A stretch of 64,000 nucleotides of DNA. Origin: Candidatus Peribacteraceae bacterium. GTDB taxonomy: Bacteria; Patescibacteriota; Gracilibacteria; Peribacterales; Peribacteraceae. Positions within the stretch are counted from its first letter, which is position 1. Every line of letters begins with the position of its first letter. Below, piece after piece: positions 36,948 to 46,120 of the stretch. The stretch is from assembly GCA_028718905.1 (NCBI GenBank), contig JAQUKV010000007.1, positions 588 through 64,587 on the forward strand, written 5' to 3'. The translations under genes were made by a program, and so were the position numbers. The notes below the pieces were generated by a model, which saw nothing but the letters and a program-made list of their open reading frames with translations, was not told where the DNA came from and made no database searches.

Positions 36948-37610
36948 ATGCACATCCTCCTTATCGAAGACCAGGAGAAGCTGGCGGAGAACATCCGGCA
37001 ATTTTTGCAGTTGGAGCACTACGCCGTGACGGTCGCCCATGACGGCAAAGAGGGCTTCGAGAAGGCGATGACGCAGGAGGTGGATCTGCTGATCCTCGAC
37101 GTGAATTTGCCGGGGATGGACGGCTATCTGATCTGTTCCATGTTGCGGCAGCAGAAGAAAGACATGCCGATTCTCATGCTCACGGCGCGTACCAAGCAGC
37201 AGGAGATCATTCACGGGCTCGATCTGGGGGCGGATGATTATCTCGGCAAGCCGTTTGATCTGGATGAGCTCCTCGCGCGGGTGCGCGCGCTGCTCCGTCG
37301 AAAGACACCGGAAAAGCAGCCGCGTCTGACAGCGGGATCCATCGTGCTCGACACGAATACGCACGAGGTGTTCCGCGATGAGAAGAAAATCGGTCTTTCC
37401 CCCAAGGAATACGGCCTCTTCGAATTCCTGCTGCGCAACAAAGGCATCGTGCAGGAGCGCCCGCGCATCATCGAACACGTGTGGGGCGGGCGGGATGATC
37501 TGATGTTCTCGCAGACGGTGGATGTGCATGTGGCGTATCTGCGGCGTAAGCTGGGCAAGGACGTGATCGAGACCGTACCGGGCAAGGGGTATCTCATTCC
37601 CGCAGTCTGA
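36948..37610 (+). CDS. OmpR-family response regulator
   Basis: Receiver domain (ILLIEDQ..., DLLILDVNLPGMDG) plus a winged-helix domain (LSPKEYGLFEFLLRN...VDVHVAYLRRKL). Confidence 0.9.
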   Translation: MHILLIEDQEKLAENIRQFLQLEHYAVTVAHDGKEGFEKAMTQEVDLLILDVNLPGMDGYLICSMLRQQKKDMPILMLTARTKQQEIIHGLDLGADDYLGKPFDLDELLARVRALLRRKTPEKQPRLTAGSIVLDTNTHEVFRDEKKIGLSPKEYGLFEFLLRNKGIVQERPRIIEHVWGGRDDLMFSQTVDVHVAYLRRKLGKDVIETVPGKGYLIPAV

Positions 37611-37612
37611 CC

Positions 37613-38815
37613 ATGACGCACCACGCGGCAAATTTCCGGCGCATCTCGGTACGCATTGCGCTGCAGTTCATGGGCTTCGTCTTTCTGTTGTTCCTCATCA
37701 ACGGATCCCTTTTTCTTGTGGTGGATTTCGGCAACGCCCAGCGCATGGCCCGCGGCCGGCTGTTGCGGGATGCGCAGATCGTTCTGAACGGCGCTGCGAA
37801 CATGGCACAGGGCAAAGCGCTGGCGCTTCCGCCTCCGGTGTCGGAGCGCGTCAGGATTCTGGATGATGAAGGCAATGCTCTCTTTTCCGGAGCGCTCTTC
37901 ACAAACATTCCTTCGTTCACGACGGAAGGTTACTCCACGATCGAGGTGCGCGAAGAGCCCTATACCGTCCTGACCATTCCCCTTTCAGAGAATGACCGCG
38001 TGTATGGTTTCGCACAAGTGGCCGGCATGGAGCGGCTGCCCATGCGGGATCTTCCGCTCCGGGCAGAACTGTATCTCATCATCAGTGTTCTGGTTTCGGC
38101 ACTCACGTTCTTCGTCGGTCTCTTTTTCGCCCGCAGGAGCCTGAAGCCTGCAGAGCAGATGATGGAGCGGCTGGAGCAGTTCACGCAGGACGCCAGTCAC
38201 GAGCTCAAGACGCCTCTCGCCGCTCTCAATTCCTCACTGGATCTCGCCATGAAGAACGGCAAATACCGCGAGGGCATCCAGTCGGCCAAGGCGGATTTAA
38301 AACAGGTGACGGTGCTGGTGGAGCGGTTACTGGAGCTGGCGCGGCTGGACACCTTTGTCCGCGAGGATGAGCCGGTCGATCTTACTGCACTCGTCGAGGC
38401 AACCGTGAAGCGCTACCAGTCACTGGCGAAAGAGAAACACGTCGTAATGGAGTGCGAGCTCCATCAGGATGTATCCGTGAACGGTGATGCGATTTTGCTA
38501 CAGCAGGTGCTGGGCAACCTGCTCTCGAATGCCATCAAGTTCAGCAAGCCCGGCAGCGGTCGCATCCATGTCCGTCTCACGTCCAAATTGCTCGCTGTCG
38601 AAGATACCGGCGTAGGAATCGAAACGTCGGCGCTGCCGCACATTTTCAACCGCTTCTATCAGGTGGAGCAGTCGCGCGCGATGGGAGGATTCGGTTTGGG
38701 GCTGGCTCTCGTCAAACGCATCGTGGAGTTGCACGGCTGGACAGTTTCGGTACGCAGCACCGTGGGCGAAGGAACCACGTTTACGGTGCATTTCGATACG
38801 CGTGCACGCTCTTAA
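37613..38815 (+). CDS. Sensor histidine kinase (2 TM, HisKA, HATPase_c)
   Basis: H-box FTQDASHELKTPLAAL, N-box LLSNAIKFS, G-boxes EDTGVGI and GGFGLGLALV. Confidence 0.9.
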   Translation: MTHHAANFRRISVRIALQFMGFVFLLFLINGSLFLVVDFGNAQRMARGRLLRDAQIVLNGAANMAQGKALALPPPVSERVRILDDEGNALFSGALFTNIPSFTTEGYSTIEVREEPYTVLTIPLSENDRVYGFAQVAGMERLPMRDLPLRAELYLIISVLVSALTFFVGLFFARRSLKPAEQMMERLEQFTQDASHELKTPLAALNSSLDLAMKNGKYREGIQSAKADLKQVTVLVERLLELARLDTFVREDEPVDLTALVEATVKRYQSLAKEKHVVMECELHQDVSVNGDAILLQQVLGNLLSNAIKFSKPGSGRIHVRLTSKLLAVEDTGVGIETSALPHIFNRFYQVEQSRAMGGFGLGLALVKRIVELHGWTVSVRSTVGEGTTFTVHFDTRARS

Positions 38816-38829
38816 TTCTCTCTTAACAT
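38811..38829. promoter_or_regulatory. Direct-repeat pair CTTAATTC-N3-CTTAACAT (11-bp phasing)
   Basis: The same CTTAA core and spacing as 36884-36902. It straddles the kinase stop codon (the repeat starts inside the last kinase codons), about 60 nt upstream of the ATG at 38888. Confidence 0.4.
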
Positions 38830-38887
38830 CCTTCCCCTACGATGGGCGTTGTTTCAGAGATATTTATTTCTATTTCCCACTATCCGT

Positions 38888-39421
38888 ATGAAGAAATACA
38901 TGTTCGGGACGATCGTCGGCATTTCGTCGCTCATCCTGATACCGATCCTCGCCACGGCGGCCTCGTCGGCCTCCGGCGAGTCAAAGACCCCCCGCCAGCG
39001 TCCGGTCCCCTCACAGGCGTGTCTGCAGGCGCAGGTTGCGGAGCAGGATCTCATGCTGAGCACGTTCGACGCCACGTTCGACGCCCGCAAGGTCGCGATG
39101 CAGGCTCACCGTGACGCGCTCGCCGCTGCCGCCTCCATCTCTGATGAGACGCAGCGTCAGGCGGCCCTGCAACAAGCCAATGAGGATTTCCGCACGGCCA
39201 TGAAGGCCATGATGCCGGAAGATTCAACACAGATGCAGACTGCGCGCGAAGCAGTGCGTGATGCCTGCGGAGGCCCCAATGGCCTCAAGGGCGAGATGGG
39301 ATTCGGTATCGGCGGCGGATTCGGCGGAGGCCGCATGATGGGCGGGTTTCGCGGAGAGGGCATGCATCGCGGACAGGGCAAGGGTCCCCCCTCCCAAGAA
39401 AGCTCAACGGATGAGGAATGA
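38888..39421 (+). CDS. Secreted helical protein with Gly/Met-rich tail (Spy/CpxP-like guess)
   Basis: Signal peptide MKKYMFGTIVGISSLILIPILATAASS, a Gln/Ala-rich helical region, and a GGGFGGGRMMGGFRGEGMHRGQG tail. Confidence 0.6.
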   Translation: MKKYMFGTIVGISSLILIPILATAASSASGESKTPRQRPVPSQACLQAQVAEQDLMLSTFDATFDARKVAMQAHRDALAAAASISDETQRQAALQQANEDFRTAMKAMMPEDSTQMQTAREAVRDACGGPNGLKGEMGFGIGGGFGGGRMMGGFRGEGMHRGQGKGPPSQESSTDEE

Positions 39422-39436
39422 GGTGTCGGACACCAG

Positions 39437-39470
39437 AGAAGAAGCCGTGGGAGAGCGGCTTCTTTTTTTT
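39437..39470 (+). terminator. Rho-independent terminator
   Basis: AGAAGAAGCCG-tgggagag-CGGCTTCTT followed by a T-run. Confidence 0.75.
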
Positions 39471-39512
39471 GAATGATTTCGATGGTGTGCCACGGAAGAA
39501 TGAAAAAAAGAG

Positions 39513-39549
39513 GTGGCGGGCCACGCCTCGCATGCGAGGCGTGGCGGGA
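39513..39549. repeat. 37-nt palindromic direct repeat, left copy
   Basis: GTGGCGGGCCACGCCTCGCATGCGAGGCGTGGCGGGA. It differs at 2 positions from 40814-40850. It is flanked by a T-run (minus-strand sense) and by a degenerate tRNA-3'-like stretch. Confidence 0.8.
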
Positions 39550-39653
39550 CCTCCTGAACGTGGTTCGAACGTCGATAACCAGAGAGACGATTATGTATAC
39601 GAAACACCCCCTGACCACATTGATCAGGGGGTATTCCTTTGCATTTCAGGCAC

Positions 39654-40190
39654 TCAGGCCACGGGTTTCTCTGCTGCTGCCTCGATGAGGGCATCGACAA
39701 CGTGATCGACGCTCTTTCCGCATGCGGTTCCAGGAGCGGAGGAATGGCCGTCCTCGTAGTGGAGAGCACCGAACCACGTGTGGCCCAGGCCCCGGGCTGC
39801 CTCGTGGGCGAACTGACGCACCCGCTCGGGATCCTTCGCACTGACGTTGAGGTGCATTCCTTCGCCGGGCAGACCCCTTCCCGTGTTGTCTGCATACCAC
39901 AGGACGATCTTCAGTCCCCACTGTTCGCGGATGAGTCGAAAGTTGTGTGGTGCTGACGTTTCGAATGTGGGTCTCCCGTACTGGGTCCCGAAACGCGGGT
40001 TCCAGCAGGCATCCAGGAACGCGAGCATTTCTGCACGGTGATTGTGCAAAATCTGCGCCGAATGCGAGGCGACCTGAATGGCTTTGATCGCCTCTTCATC
40101 AAGCTTCCTGGGAACATTGGCGAACGCATGAAGCATGGTTTGCCAATTGTTTGGGGTGGCCTCAAGCGTTGCCGATAGATGGTACTTCAT
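39654..40190 (-). CDS. Hypothetical protein
   Basis: The start is taken at the ATG at 40190 (MKYHLSATLE...) with GGAGGG 8 nt upstream. A hairpin CCCCCTGA..TCAGGGGG follows the stop. No family recognised. Confidence 0.55.
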   Translation of the reverse strand: MKYHLSATLEATPNNWQTMLHAFANVPRKLDEEAIKAIQVASHSAQILHNHRAEMLAFLDACWNPRFGTQYGRPTFETSAPHNFRLIREQWGLKIVLWYADNTGRGLPGEGMHLNVSAKDPERVRQFAHEAARGLGHTWFGALHYEDGHSSAPGTACGKSVDHVVDALIEAAAEKPVA

Positions 40191-40452
40191 CGAACGAACC
40201 CTCCGATAAGAGTTGCGCGGTGTCTCTGCCACAAAAATTGTGGACGGTAGTTTCCGCGCCGCATATTCGTTTCAAAAAATACGCAACGCGAAAACCACCG
40301 GTCTTTCCCTCAGTGCCTATGGTGCAAAGGAACTGCCAGAACGAATGTTCTGGAATAGATATTTTATTATTAAAGAAAAATATGTCAATTTCTAGAGAAA
40401 ATGGCTTACGGAAGGTAATGGCTGGGCTGAATCTTCGGCTCATTTTATTCGC

Positions 40453-40710
40453 TCAGTCAAGGCTCTTCTTAATTCTTGTCATGAGCGCACCCCACGATGA
40501 CCCGCTTTCTTTCACGCAAGATTCCCTTTCTCTCGCAGCTTTTTCATTCATGTACGCCTCGTAGTACACCAATCGAAGAGGGTGGTACGGATGCGTGGCA
40601 ATCACTTGTCGTTGTTGGTGTTCTCTGAATCTTCTGCGGAGGTCGTTCGTTGAACCTTTGTAGAACCAATTTTGCTTCTTAAGGCTCTGGAGAACATAGA
40701 AATACCACAT
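40453..40710 (-). CDS. GIY-YIG domain protein
   Basis: MWYFYVLQSLKKQNWFYKGSTNDLRRRFREHQ...LVYYEAYMNEKAARERE. The longer ORF would need a TTG start at 40749. Confidence 0.7.
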   Translation of the reverse strand: MWYFYVLQSLKKQNWFYKGSTNDLRRRFREHQQRQVIATHPYHPLRLVYYEAYMNEKAARERESCVKESGSSWGALMTRIKKSLD

Positions 40711-40813
40711 AGGAAAATGGATGGTGATCTTCACTTTCTTAGGCGTCAATGCAATGGGTGGCGGGTATTTTCCTATACAGAGAGTGGCGGGCCACGCCTC
40801 GCATGAAAAAATC

Positions 40814-40850
40814 GTGGCGTGCCACGCCTCGCATGCGAGGCGTGGCGGGG
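40814..40850. repeat. 37-nt palindromic direct repeat, right copy (abuts the tRNA-Asp 3' end); extra half-copy at 40784-40805
   Basis: GTGGCGTGCCACGCCTCGCATGCGAGGCGTGGCGGGG. In minus-strand sense it forms a hairpin plus GTGGCACGCCAC-GATTTTTT directly after the tRNA CCA. Confidence 0.8.
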
Positions 40851-40919
40851 CTGACGGGACTCGAACCCGCGACCTTCCGCGTGACAGGCGGACGCTCTAA
40901 CCAGCTGAGCTACAACCCC
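40843..40919 (-). tRNA. tRNA-Asp (anticodon GTC)
   Basis: The reverse complement folds as GGGGTTG-TA-GCTC-AGCTGGTTA-GAGC-G-TCCGC-CTGTCAC-GCGGA-AGGTC-GCGGG-TTCGAGT-CCCGT-CAGCCCC-G-CCA. Confidence 0.9.
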
Positions 40920-41049
40920 GTATGGAGCAGAGAAAAGGTAACGGAGAAGGATAAGAAAGACAACGAAAAGAGAAGAGAGATGGAGCGTATCACTGATTGG
41001 CCGGCCCGGTTTCCGGTCATGGCCTACAGGGCCCGGCATCAGGTACAGT

Positions 41050-41457
41050 ATGCGTATGGATGTTCTCACTCCAAAACAGGAGGCGACACTGGCCGAGATG
41101 CAGAAGAAAGGCGTCTTCCGTCTGGCGGTGCAGAATGCCTACAACCACATCATCATCACCGATATTGACGGGGTCATCCTGTATGCCAATCAGGCGACAC
41201 AGCGCATCACGGGTTATGGGCAGCAGGAATTGATCGGGAACACGCCTAGCGTCTGGGGCGGGCGGATGCCGCAGGAGTTCTACGCCAAGCTCTGGAAGAC
41301 CATCAAGGAAGACCGCTATCCCTTCATCAACGAGTGCACCAACCGTCGCAAGAGTGGCGAGACGTACCGGGCGCGCATCACCGTGTCGCCGATGATCGAA
41401 GAGGACGGCACGTTGCTGGGATTCGTCGGCATCGAAGAGCAGATTTGGGCTTTCTGA
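41050..41457 (+). CDS. Stand-alone PAS-domain protein
   Basis: 135 aa. NHIIITDIDGVILYANQATQRITGYGQQELIGNTPS...RRKSGETYRARITVSPMIEEDGTLLGFVGIEE. Confidence 0.8.
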   Translation: MRMDVLTPKQEATLAEMQKKGVFRLAVQNAYNHIIITDIDGVILYANQATQRITGYGQQELIGNTPSVWGGRMPQEFYAKLWKTIKEDRYPFINECTNRRKSGETYRARITVSPMIEEDGTLLGFVGIEEQIWAF

Positions 41458-41517
41458 AATCATCTTCCCTCTGTCCCCAGAAGAAAACGAACACTATCTC
41501 TTGTCATTGCCGTTGAC

Positions 41518-41964
41518 ATGGGTAGCCTCTTTCCGCATATTTTCATCCCTATGGATCATCATCTTTCCAGACATGTTCTCTCACAGGAATCCGTCCATCC
41601 CGCTCCGGATGTCACCACGCTCACGCCGCGTGCGCAGGGTGTCAACTGGCCCATTGTGGCGCGGGGAAAGGTGGCGCAGCTGCTCTCGAGTATCAATGAC
41701 TCGGATGGAAAAGTCATACCGAATTTTGTGCACAGAATTGCGGATGAGCAGATGGAGCGCGTACTCGGCAAAGTGGATCTGGATAATATCGATCAGCATG
41801 TGCAGTGGATTTGTACCGCGGCGATGCGAGGATACCGCCAGTCGGCCGATGCCGTTGTGTCAGCCGATACGGAGAGGGCAACGTATGCATCAGCCTTCTC
41901 AGCAGCAGAAGAAATTCTGCACGAAAGCGTATGTTGGCCATTCAGGCTGCCTGAGGGCTCTTAG
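41518..41964 (+). CDS. Hypothetical protein
   Basis: 148-aa ORF. It overlaps the gatA stop by 4 nt (convergent). No family recognised. Confidence 0.45.
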   Translation: MGSLFPHIFIPMDHHLSRHVLSQESVHPAPDVTTLTPRAQGVNWPIVARGKVAQLLSSINDSDGKVIPNFVHRIADEQMERVLGKVDLDNIDQHVQWICTAAMRGYRQSADAVVSADTERATYASAFSAAEEILHESVCWPFRLPEGS

Positions 41965-43439
41965 GAGAGGGTTGGCCTCTTGTTGTGCCACTCCGTCGCC
42001 TGTTCGTATGCGTATCCCGCCCGCAGAATGACCTCTTCCCCCCACTGGGGGCCCAGCAGTTGCATGCCGACAGGCAGCTCCCCGACTCCGCTCGGAGTGA
42101 CAGTTTTTGAGAAGCCGCACGGGATCGAGAGCCCCGGAATACCGGCCAGATTCACGGGAGCCGTAAAGATATCCTCCAGATACATCTGCACGGGATCGCC
42201 TGTGTGAGCGCCGATTTTGAAGGCTGGTGTGGGGGCAACGGGAGCGAGCAGACAATCCACGTTCTCGAATGCCTGTTCGAAATCGTGCTTGATGAGCGTG
42301 CGTACTTTCTGTGCCTGACGATAGTACGCGTCGTAGTACCCTGCCGAGAGCGCATAGGTGCCGATCATGATGCGGCGCTTCACTTCATCCCCAAATCCGG
42401 AGCTGCGCACGCGCTCGTAGTACTCAATCAGACTGTCGCGCTCCGGTACCGTGTGCCCGAAGCGCACGCCGTCGTAGCGGGCCATGTTCGAGCTTACTTC
42501 TGACGGAACAATCACGTAGTACGTCGCAATGGCGTAGGGCGAGTGGGGCAGGCTGACATCCACGATCGTCGCCCCCAATGAGACATACACCTTGGCTGCC
42601 GCGCGCACGGCCGTTTCCACCTGCGGATCCATCCCCTTGATGAAGTATTCTTTTGGCAGCCCGATCTTCATACCCTTCACGCCTTTTCTGAGCGTCTGTG
42701 TGTAATCGGGCACGGGCATCCCGCCCGTCGTGGCATCCAGAGGATCTTTGCCTGCGATGGCTCCCAACACGATTGCTGCATCCTCCACCGTCTTCGTGAG
42801 CACTCCGATGGAATCGAGCGAGCTGGCCATGCTCAAAACCCCGTAGCGGCTGGTGCGGCCGTAGGTGACCTTGAGCCCTGTACAACCGCAAAAACCCGCA
42901 GGCTGGCGGATACTTCCGCCCGTATCGGTTCCGAGGGCAAACAAACACTCATCCGCTGCCACTGCAGCCGCCGATCCACCGGATGATCCTCCGGCCACGC
43001 GCGTCCGGTCCCACGGATTTTTTGTGACACCGTAGCAGCTCGTCTCGGTCGAGGCGCCCATGGTGAATTCGTCGGTGTTCGTCTTGCCCAGACTGACGGC
43101 GCTCTTCTCCTTGAGGCGCTTGGTGGTTGTGGAATCGAAGGGCGGAATGAAGTCTTTATCCTTCAGGATATTGGAGCAGGCGGTGGTCGGTACGCCCTCT
43201 TCACAGAAGACATCTTTGGCCAGATATGGAATGCCCGCGAGCGGATGATCAAACGTTCCCTTCTTGTCCGCTTTTTTGGCTTCCTCCAGGGCTCGGTCGA
43301 AATTGCGGTGCACCACGGCATTGAGGGAGGTATCCACCGATTCGATCCGCTCGATGCACGAGCGCGCAAGCTCAACGGCCGAGAGCGATTTATTCTTCAG
43401 TCGCTCGTGCGCCTGTGCAATGGTCAGGGAGGAAAGCAT
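41961..43439 (-). CDS. gatA: Glu/Asp-tRNA amidotransferase subunit A
   Basis: 492 aa. Amidase signature GGSSGGSAAAVAA...GTDTGGSIRQPA. Confidence 0.9.
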   Translation of the reverse strand: MLSSLTIAQAHERLKNKSLSAVELARSCIERIESVDTSLNAVVHRNFDRALEEAKKADKKGTFDHPLAGIPYLAKDVFCEEGVPTTACSNILKDKDFIPPFDSTTTKRLKEKSAVSLGKTNTDEFTMGASTETSCYGVTKNPWDRTRVAGGSSGGSAAAVAADECLFALGTDTGGSIRQPAGFCGCTGLKVTYGRTSRYGVLSMASSLDSIGVLTKTVEDAAIVLGAIAGKDPLDATTGGMPVPDYTQTLRKGVKGMKIGLPKEYFIKGMDPQVETAVRAAAKVYVSLGATIVDVSLPHSPYAIATYYVIVPSEVSSNMARYDGVRFGHTVPERDSLIEYYERVRSSGFGDEVKRRIMIGTYALSAGYYDAYYRQAQKVRTLIKHDFEQAFENVDCLLAPVAPTPAFKIGAHTGDPVQMYLEDIFTAPVNLAGIPGLSIPCGFSKTVTPSGVGELPVGMQLLGPQWGEEVILRAGYAYEQATEWHNKRPTLS

Positions 43440-43466
43440 GAGAAATTGATCATTGAGAATTGAAAA

Positions 43467-43760
43467 TCAGCCGAGTGCCGAAGGAGTTTCGATCTGCTGA
43501 TCCACGATGGGCAGGGGACTCACCGCGAGCAATGCCTCCGTCGTCGCGGGGCACTCGGCGATACCATCCGCACGGGTGACGTTGCCAAGACCCGTGATCT
43601 GACTCATCGGTTCCACGCCCTCCGTTTTCACTTCTTTCAGCTTCTCGATGTAATCGAGGATCTGCGTAAGCTCGCGGCTGAATTTCTCTACCTCGCTGTC
43701 GGAGAGGGTGAGGCGTGCGAGCTTGGCGATGTGCCGGACCTGGGTGGGAGTGAGAGACAC
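43467..43760 (-). CDS. gatC: Glu/Asp-tRNA amidotransferase subunit C
   Basis: 97 aa. VRHIAKLARLTLSDSEVEKFSRELTQILDYIEKL. It lies directly upstream of gatA. Confidence 0.85.
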   Translation of the reverse strand: MSLTPTQVRHIAKLARLTLSDSEVEKFSRELTQILDYIEKLKEVKTEGVEPMSQITGLGNVTRADGIAECPATTEALLAVSPLPIVDQQIETPSALG

Positions 43761-43819
43761 GGGGCGGATGGTATCGGAGGAAGTGCCCAGAGCAAAGGAA
43801 GCGGGAGTAAGAGGAGTAT

Positions 43820-43848
43820 TTGTATTAATACAGTAATTGTGTTATAAT
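43820..43848 (+). promoter_or_regulatory. Sigma-70-like promoter (TTGTAT-17 nt-TATAAT)
   Basis: An AT-rich island. The -10 element ends 9 nt before the ATG at 43858, which would give a near-leaderless transcript. Confidence 0.4.
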
Positions 43849-43857
43849 AATAATTGT

Positions 43858-44373
43858 ATGAAAACAAAGACCAATCGTGAATCATCCTCCTCTTCGAAGC
43901 CGCTGCGCCCGAATGAGGAGCAGGTTCAGGCAAAAATATCCGCAAAGTTGCTGGAAGCCAGAATCCCAGGTAGGGAGTACTGGGAAGAGAGCCTGCTCTC
44001 ACTCTGGCAGGATGCCATTGATATGGATTGTGGACAGGAACTGGCCCGGGAGAAGATGGAAGAGGCATTGCGCGGAGTGATTTCGTCGCATCATTTGCAG
44101 TTGGGTGCAGTTGAACTGCGGAAAAGAATGAACGCGCTCTTCAGCCAACTGAGTATGGAAATCAATACCCATGCACAGAACATCCAGGGTGAGCCGCAAC
44201 TGCCGTTGACGCAGGAGGAACAGAGGGAGGCGGAACGTCAGCGGCGTCGTGATGATGACCCCAAGATCCAGTGGCGCCAGACGAGTGCGCAGGGCGGCAA
44301 AGACCGACGGATGCGTCAGCATCGCGTCAATAGCGCCGGGCACACGTCTCCCGGTGTTCAGCAGACGTTCTAG
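43858..44373 (+). CDS. Hypothetical charged helical protein
   Basis: 171 aa from MKTKTNRE.... No family recognised. Confidence 0.5.
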   Translation: MKTKTNRESSSSSKPLRPNEEQVQAKISAKLLEARIPGREYWEESLLSLWQDAIDMDCGQELAREKMEEALRGVISSHHLQLGAVELRKRMNALFSQLSMEINTHAQNIQGEPQLPLTQEEQREAERQRRRDDDPKIQWRQTSAQGGKDRRMRQHRVNSAGHTSPGVQQTF

Positions 44374-44409
44374 CTTTTGTCCTTTCGTCCGGGAGGCTAG
44401 GCTTCTTTT

Positions 44410-44898
44410 ATGCAGCTCCTCCATCTCCGTGGGCGCAAAACCAATGAGCGGGTACTCCGCCACGGTACGCTCTGGCGCGGCAAAACCATGAATATCCGGT
44501 GGATGCGCGGTATTCCTGCAAGTGAGTACAAGCGGCTCGGCGACCGGGCTTCGCAAGGTCTGTACATCGGCACATTCGCCTCGCTCGCCTTAAGCAAGCG
44601 TGCCGTCGACAGAAACCGCATGCGCCGCCGCTGCCGTGAGGCACTGCGGATTACCATGCAAGATTGTAGTTTGGCCAACAAGGACCATCGCTCGGGGCGC
44701 CCCGAGCTTGTCGAGGAGCGGGAGGGAAACCAGGGGTTTCCCTTTTGCGAAAGCTTTCAATTGTTAGTGTCGCCGCGTTCCTCTAGTCTCTCCTGCGACT
44801 TTCGAGCGATCTTGAACGACGTTCGCTCCTTCTTCATTCTCCTTCACGCATGCCCGAAACACCCCGCAAACGGAGCGCCCTTCTCGAATTCGCGCTGA
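44410..44898 (+). CDS. rnpA: RNase P protein component, with internal repeat-derived insertion
   Basis: The RNR motif region LSKRAVDRNRMRRRCREALR and its position immediately upstream of yidC. About 30 extra residues at 44665-44757 are encoded by palindromes. Confidence 0.7.
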   Translation: MQLLHLRGRKTNERVLRHGTLWRGKTMNIRWMRGIPASEYKRLGDRASQGLYIGTFASLALSKRAVDRNRMRRRCREALRITMQDCSLANKDHRSGRPELVEEREGNQGFPFCESFQLLVSPRSSSLSCDFRAILNDVRSFFILLHACPKHPANGAPFSNSR

Positions 44899-46115
44899 TC
44901 TTCGCCATCGTCTACCTGGGAACGCAGCTCGTGTTCCGGCTGTTCTTTCCGCAGCAGGCCGCGGGGCCCAACAGTCTTGCGGATGTCGTGCTCAAACCCG
45001 ATGCAGCGCATGTGAAAGGCGATCACAGTATCACGCTCTCTCTGCGCAATAACACGGAGGGCACGCTCCTGCTTATGAATCGCTGTCCAATGCCGCCCGT
45101 TTCAGTATTTTCCGTGACAGGAGAGGGATCGGGCGCCCAGCTGGCTCCGCTCTTCACCACAGAGACGGCGGTGCCCTGTACGCCGCTGACCGAAGTCGCC
45201 CCGAAATCCACGGCGCGCATCGATCTGGGTCCGTGGAAGTACTCGCTTTTCTCGCAGTACGGTACCTATGAAGTGCGACTGCCTTCTGAAGCCACATTCC
45301 GCACGGCGAGCGGTGCCATTGTCCCGGCGGAATACGGCACGCTCAGCGGACGGGTCACGCTCAGCGAAGCAGGCCCCTTCACCAGGCTCTTCCGTGCGTT
45401 CATCACGAAGCCCTTTCTGAATTTTCTCATCTTCATTGCCTCCGTGTCTCCCGGGCACAGTCTGGGCGTGGCGATCATCATTCTCACGCTGGTTGTGAAG
45501 TTTTTGCTCTTCATTCCCACACAGCACTCGCTGGAAGGTCAGAAGAAGATGCAGAAAGCGCAGCCGATCCTCGATGAAATCCGCCGCAAGTACAAAGACG
45601 ATCCCAAGCGCATGCAGGAGGAAACGATGAAAGTCTGGAAAGAGCACGGCATCAATCCGTTCCAGTCGTGCCTGCCGCTCCTGATCCAGATGCCGGTGCT
45701 GATCGGGGTCTTCTACGTTGTGCGCGACGGATCGGTGCTCGAGCTCTCGCGGCACCTCATTTATCCTTTCTACCAGCATCTCGACTGGACGTTCGGCACC
45801 ACGTTTTTGGGGCTCGACCTGCTGCAGTCGAATTTCCTCCTTTTCTCGCCACTGTTGGTCATTCTGCAATTCATCCAGATGAAGCTCACATTCGCCGCGG
45901 CGAAGAAGAAGAAGGCGCAGCAGGGAGACAAATCGAAAGCCGAAGGGGACAAGAGCCAGCAGCTCCAGCAGCAGATGATGCTCTACGGCCTGCCGCTCAT
46001 GATCGGTGTCTTTGCCTATCAGTTTCCGTCGGCTGTGTCGCTCTACTGGGGCGTGTCGACTCTCTTTGCTATCGGTCAGCAGATCGTGGTGAACCGCGAG
46101 AAGATCACGCTGTGA
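44850..46115 (+). CDS. yidC: Membrane protein insertase YidC
   Basis: 421 aa. GVAIIILTLVVKFLLFIPTQHSLEGQKKMQKAQPILDEIRRKYKDDPKRMQEETMKVWKEHGINPFQSCLPLLIQMPVLIG. Confidence 0.9.
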   Translation: MPETPRKRSALLEFALIFAIVYLGTQLVFRLFFPQQAAGPNSLADVVLKPDAAHVKGDHSITLSLRNNTEGTLLLMNRCPMPPVSVFSVTGEGSGAQLAPLFTTETAVPCTPLTEVAPKSTARIDLGPWKYSLFSQYGTYEVRLPSEATFRTASGAIVPAEYGTLSGRVTLSEAGPFTRLFRAFITKPFLNFLIFIASVSPGHSLGVAIIILTLVVKFLLFIPTQHSLEGQKKMQKAQPILDEIRRKYKDDPKRMQEETMKVWKEHGINPFQSCLPLLIQMPVLIGVFYVVRDGSVLELSRHLIYPFYQHLDWTFGTTFLGLDLLQSNFLLFSPLLVILQFIQMKLTFAAAKKKKAQQGDKSKAEGDKSQQLQQQMMLYGLPLMIGVFAYQFPSAVSLYWGVSTLFAIGQQIVVNREKITL

Positions 46116-46120
46116 GATTT

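Noticed and set aside
39543-39640. A possible second tRNA gene on the minus strand ending ...GGTCCCGCCA.
   Set aside because: Only a T-arm-like ACGT-TCGAACC-ACGT and a CCA end are present. There is no complementary 5' acceptor strand, D arm or anticodon arm, and there are four extra bases between the T stem and CCA. I treat it as a degenerate duplicate of the tRNA-Asp 3' end.
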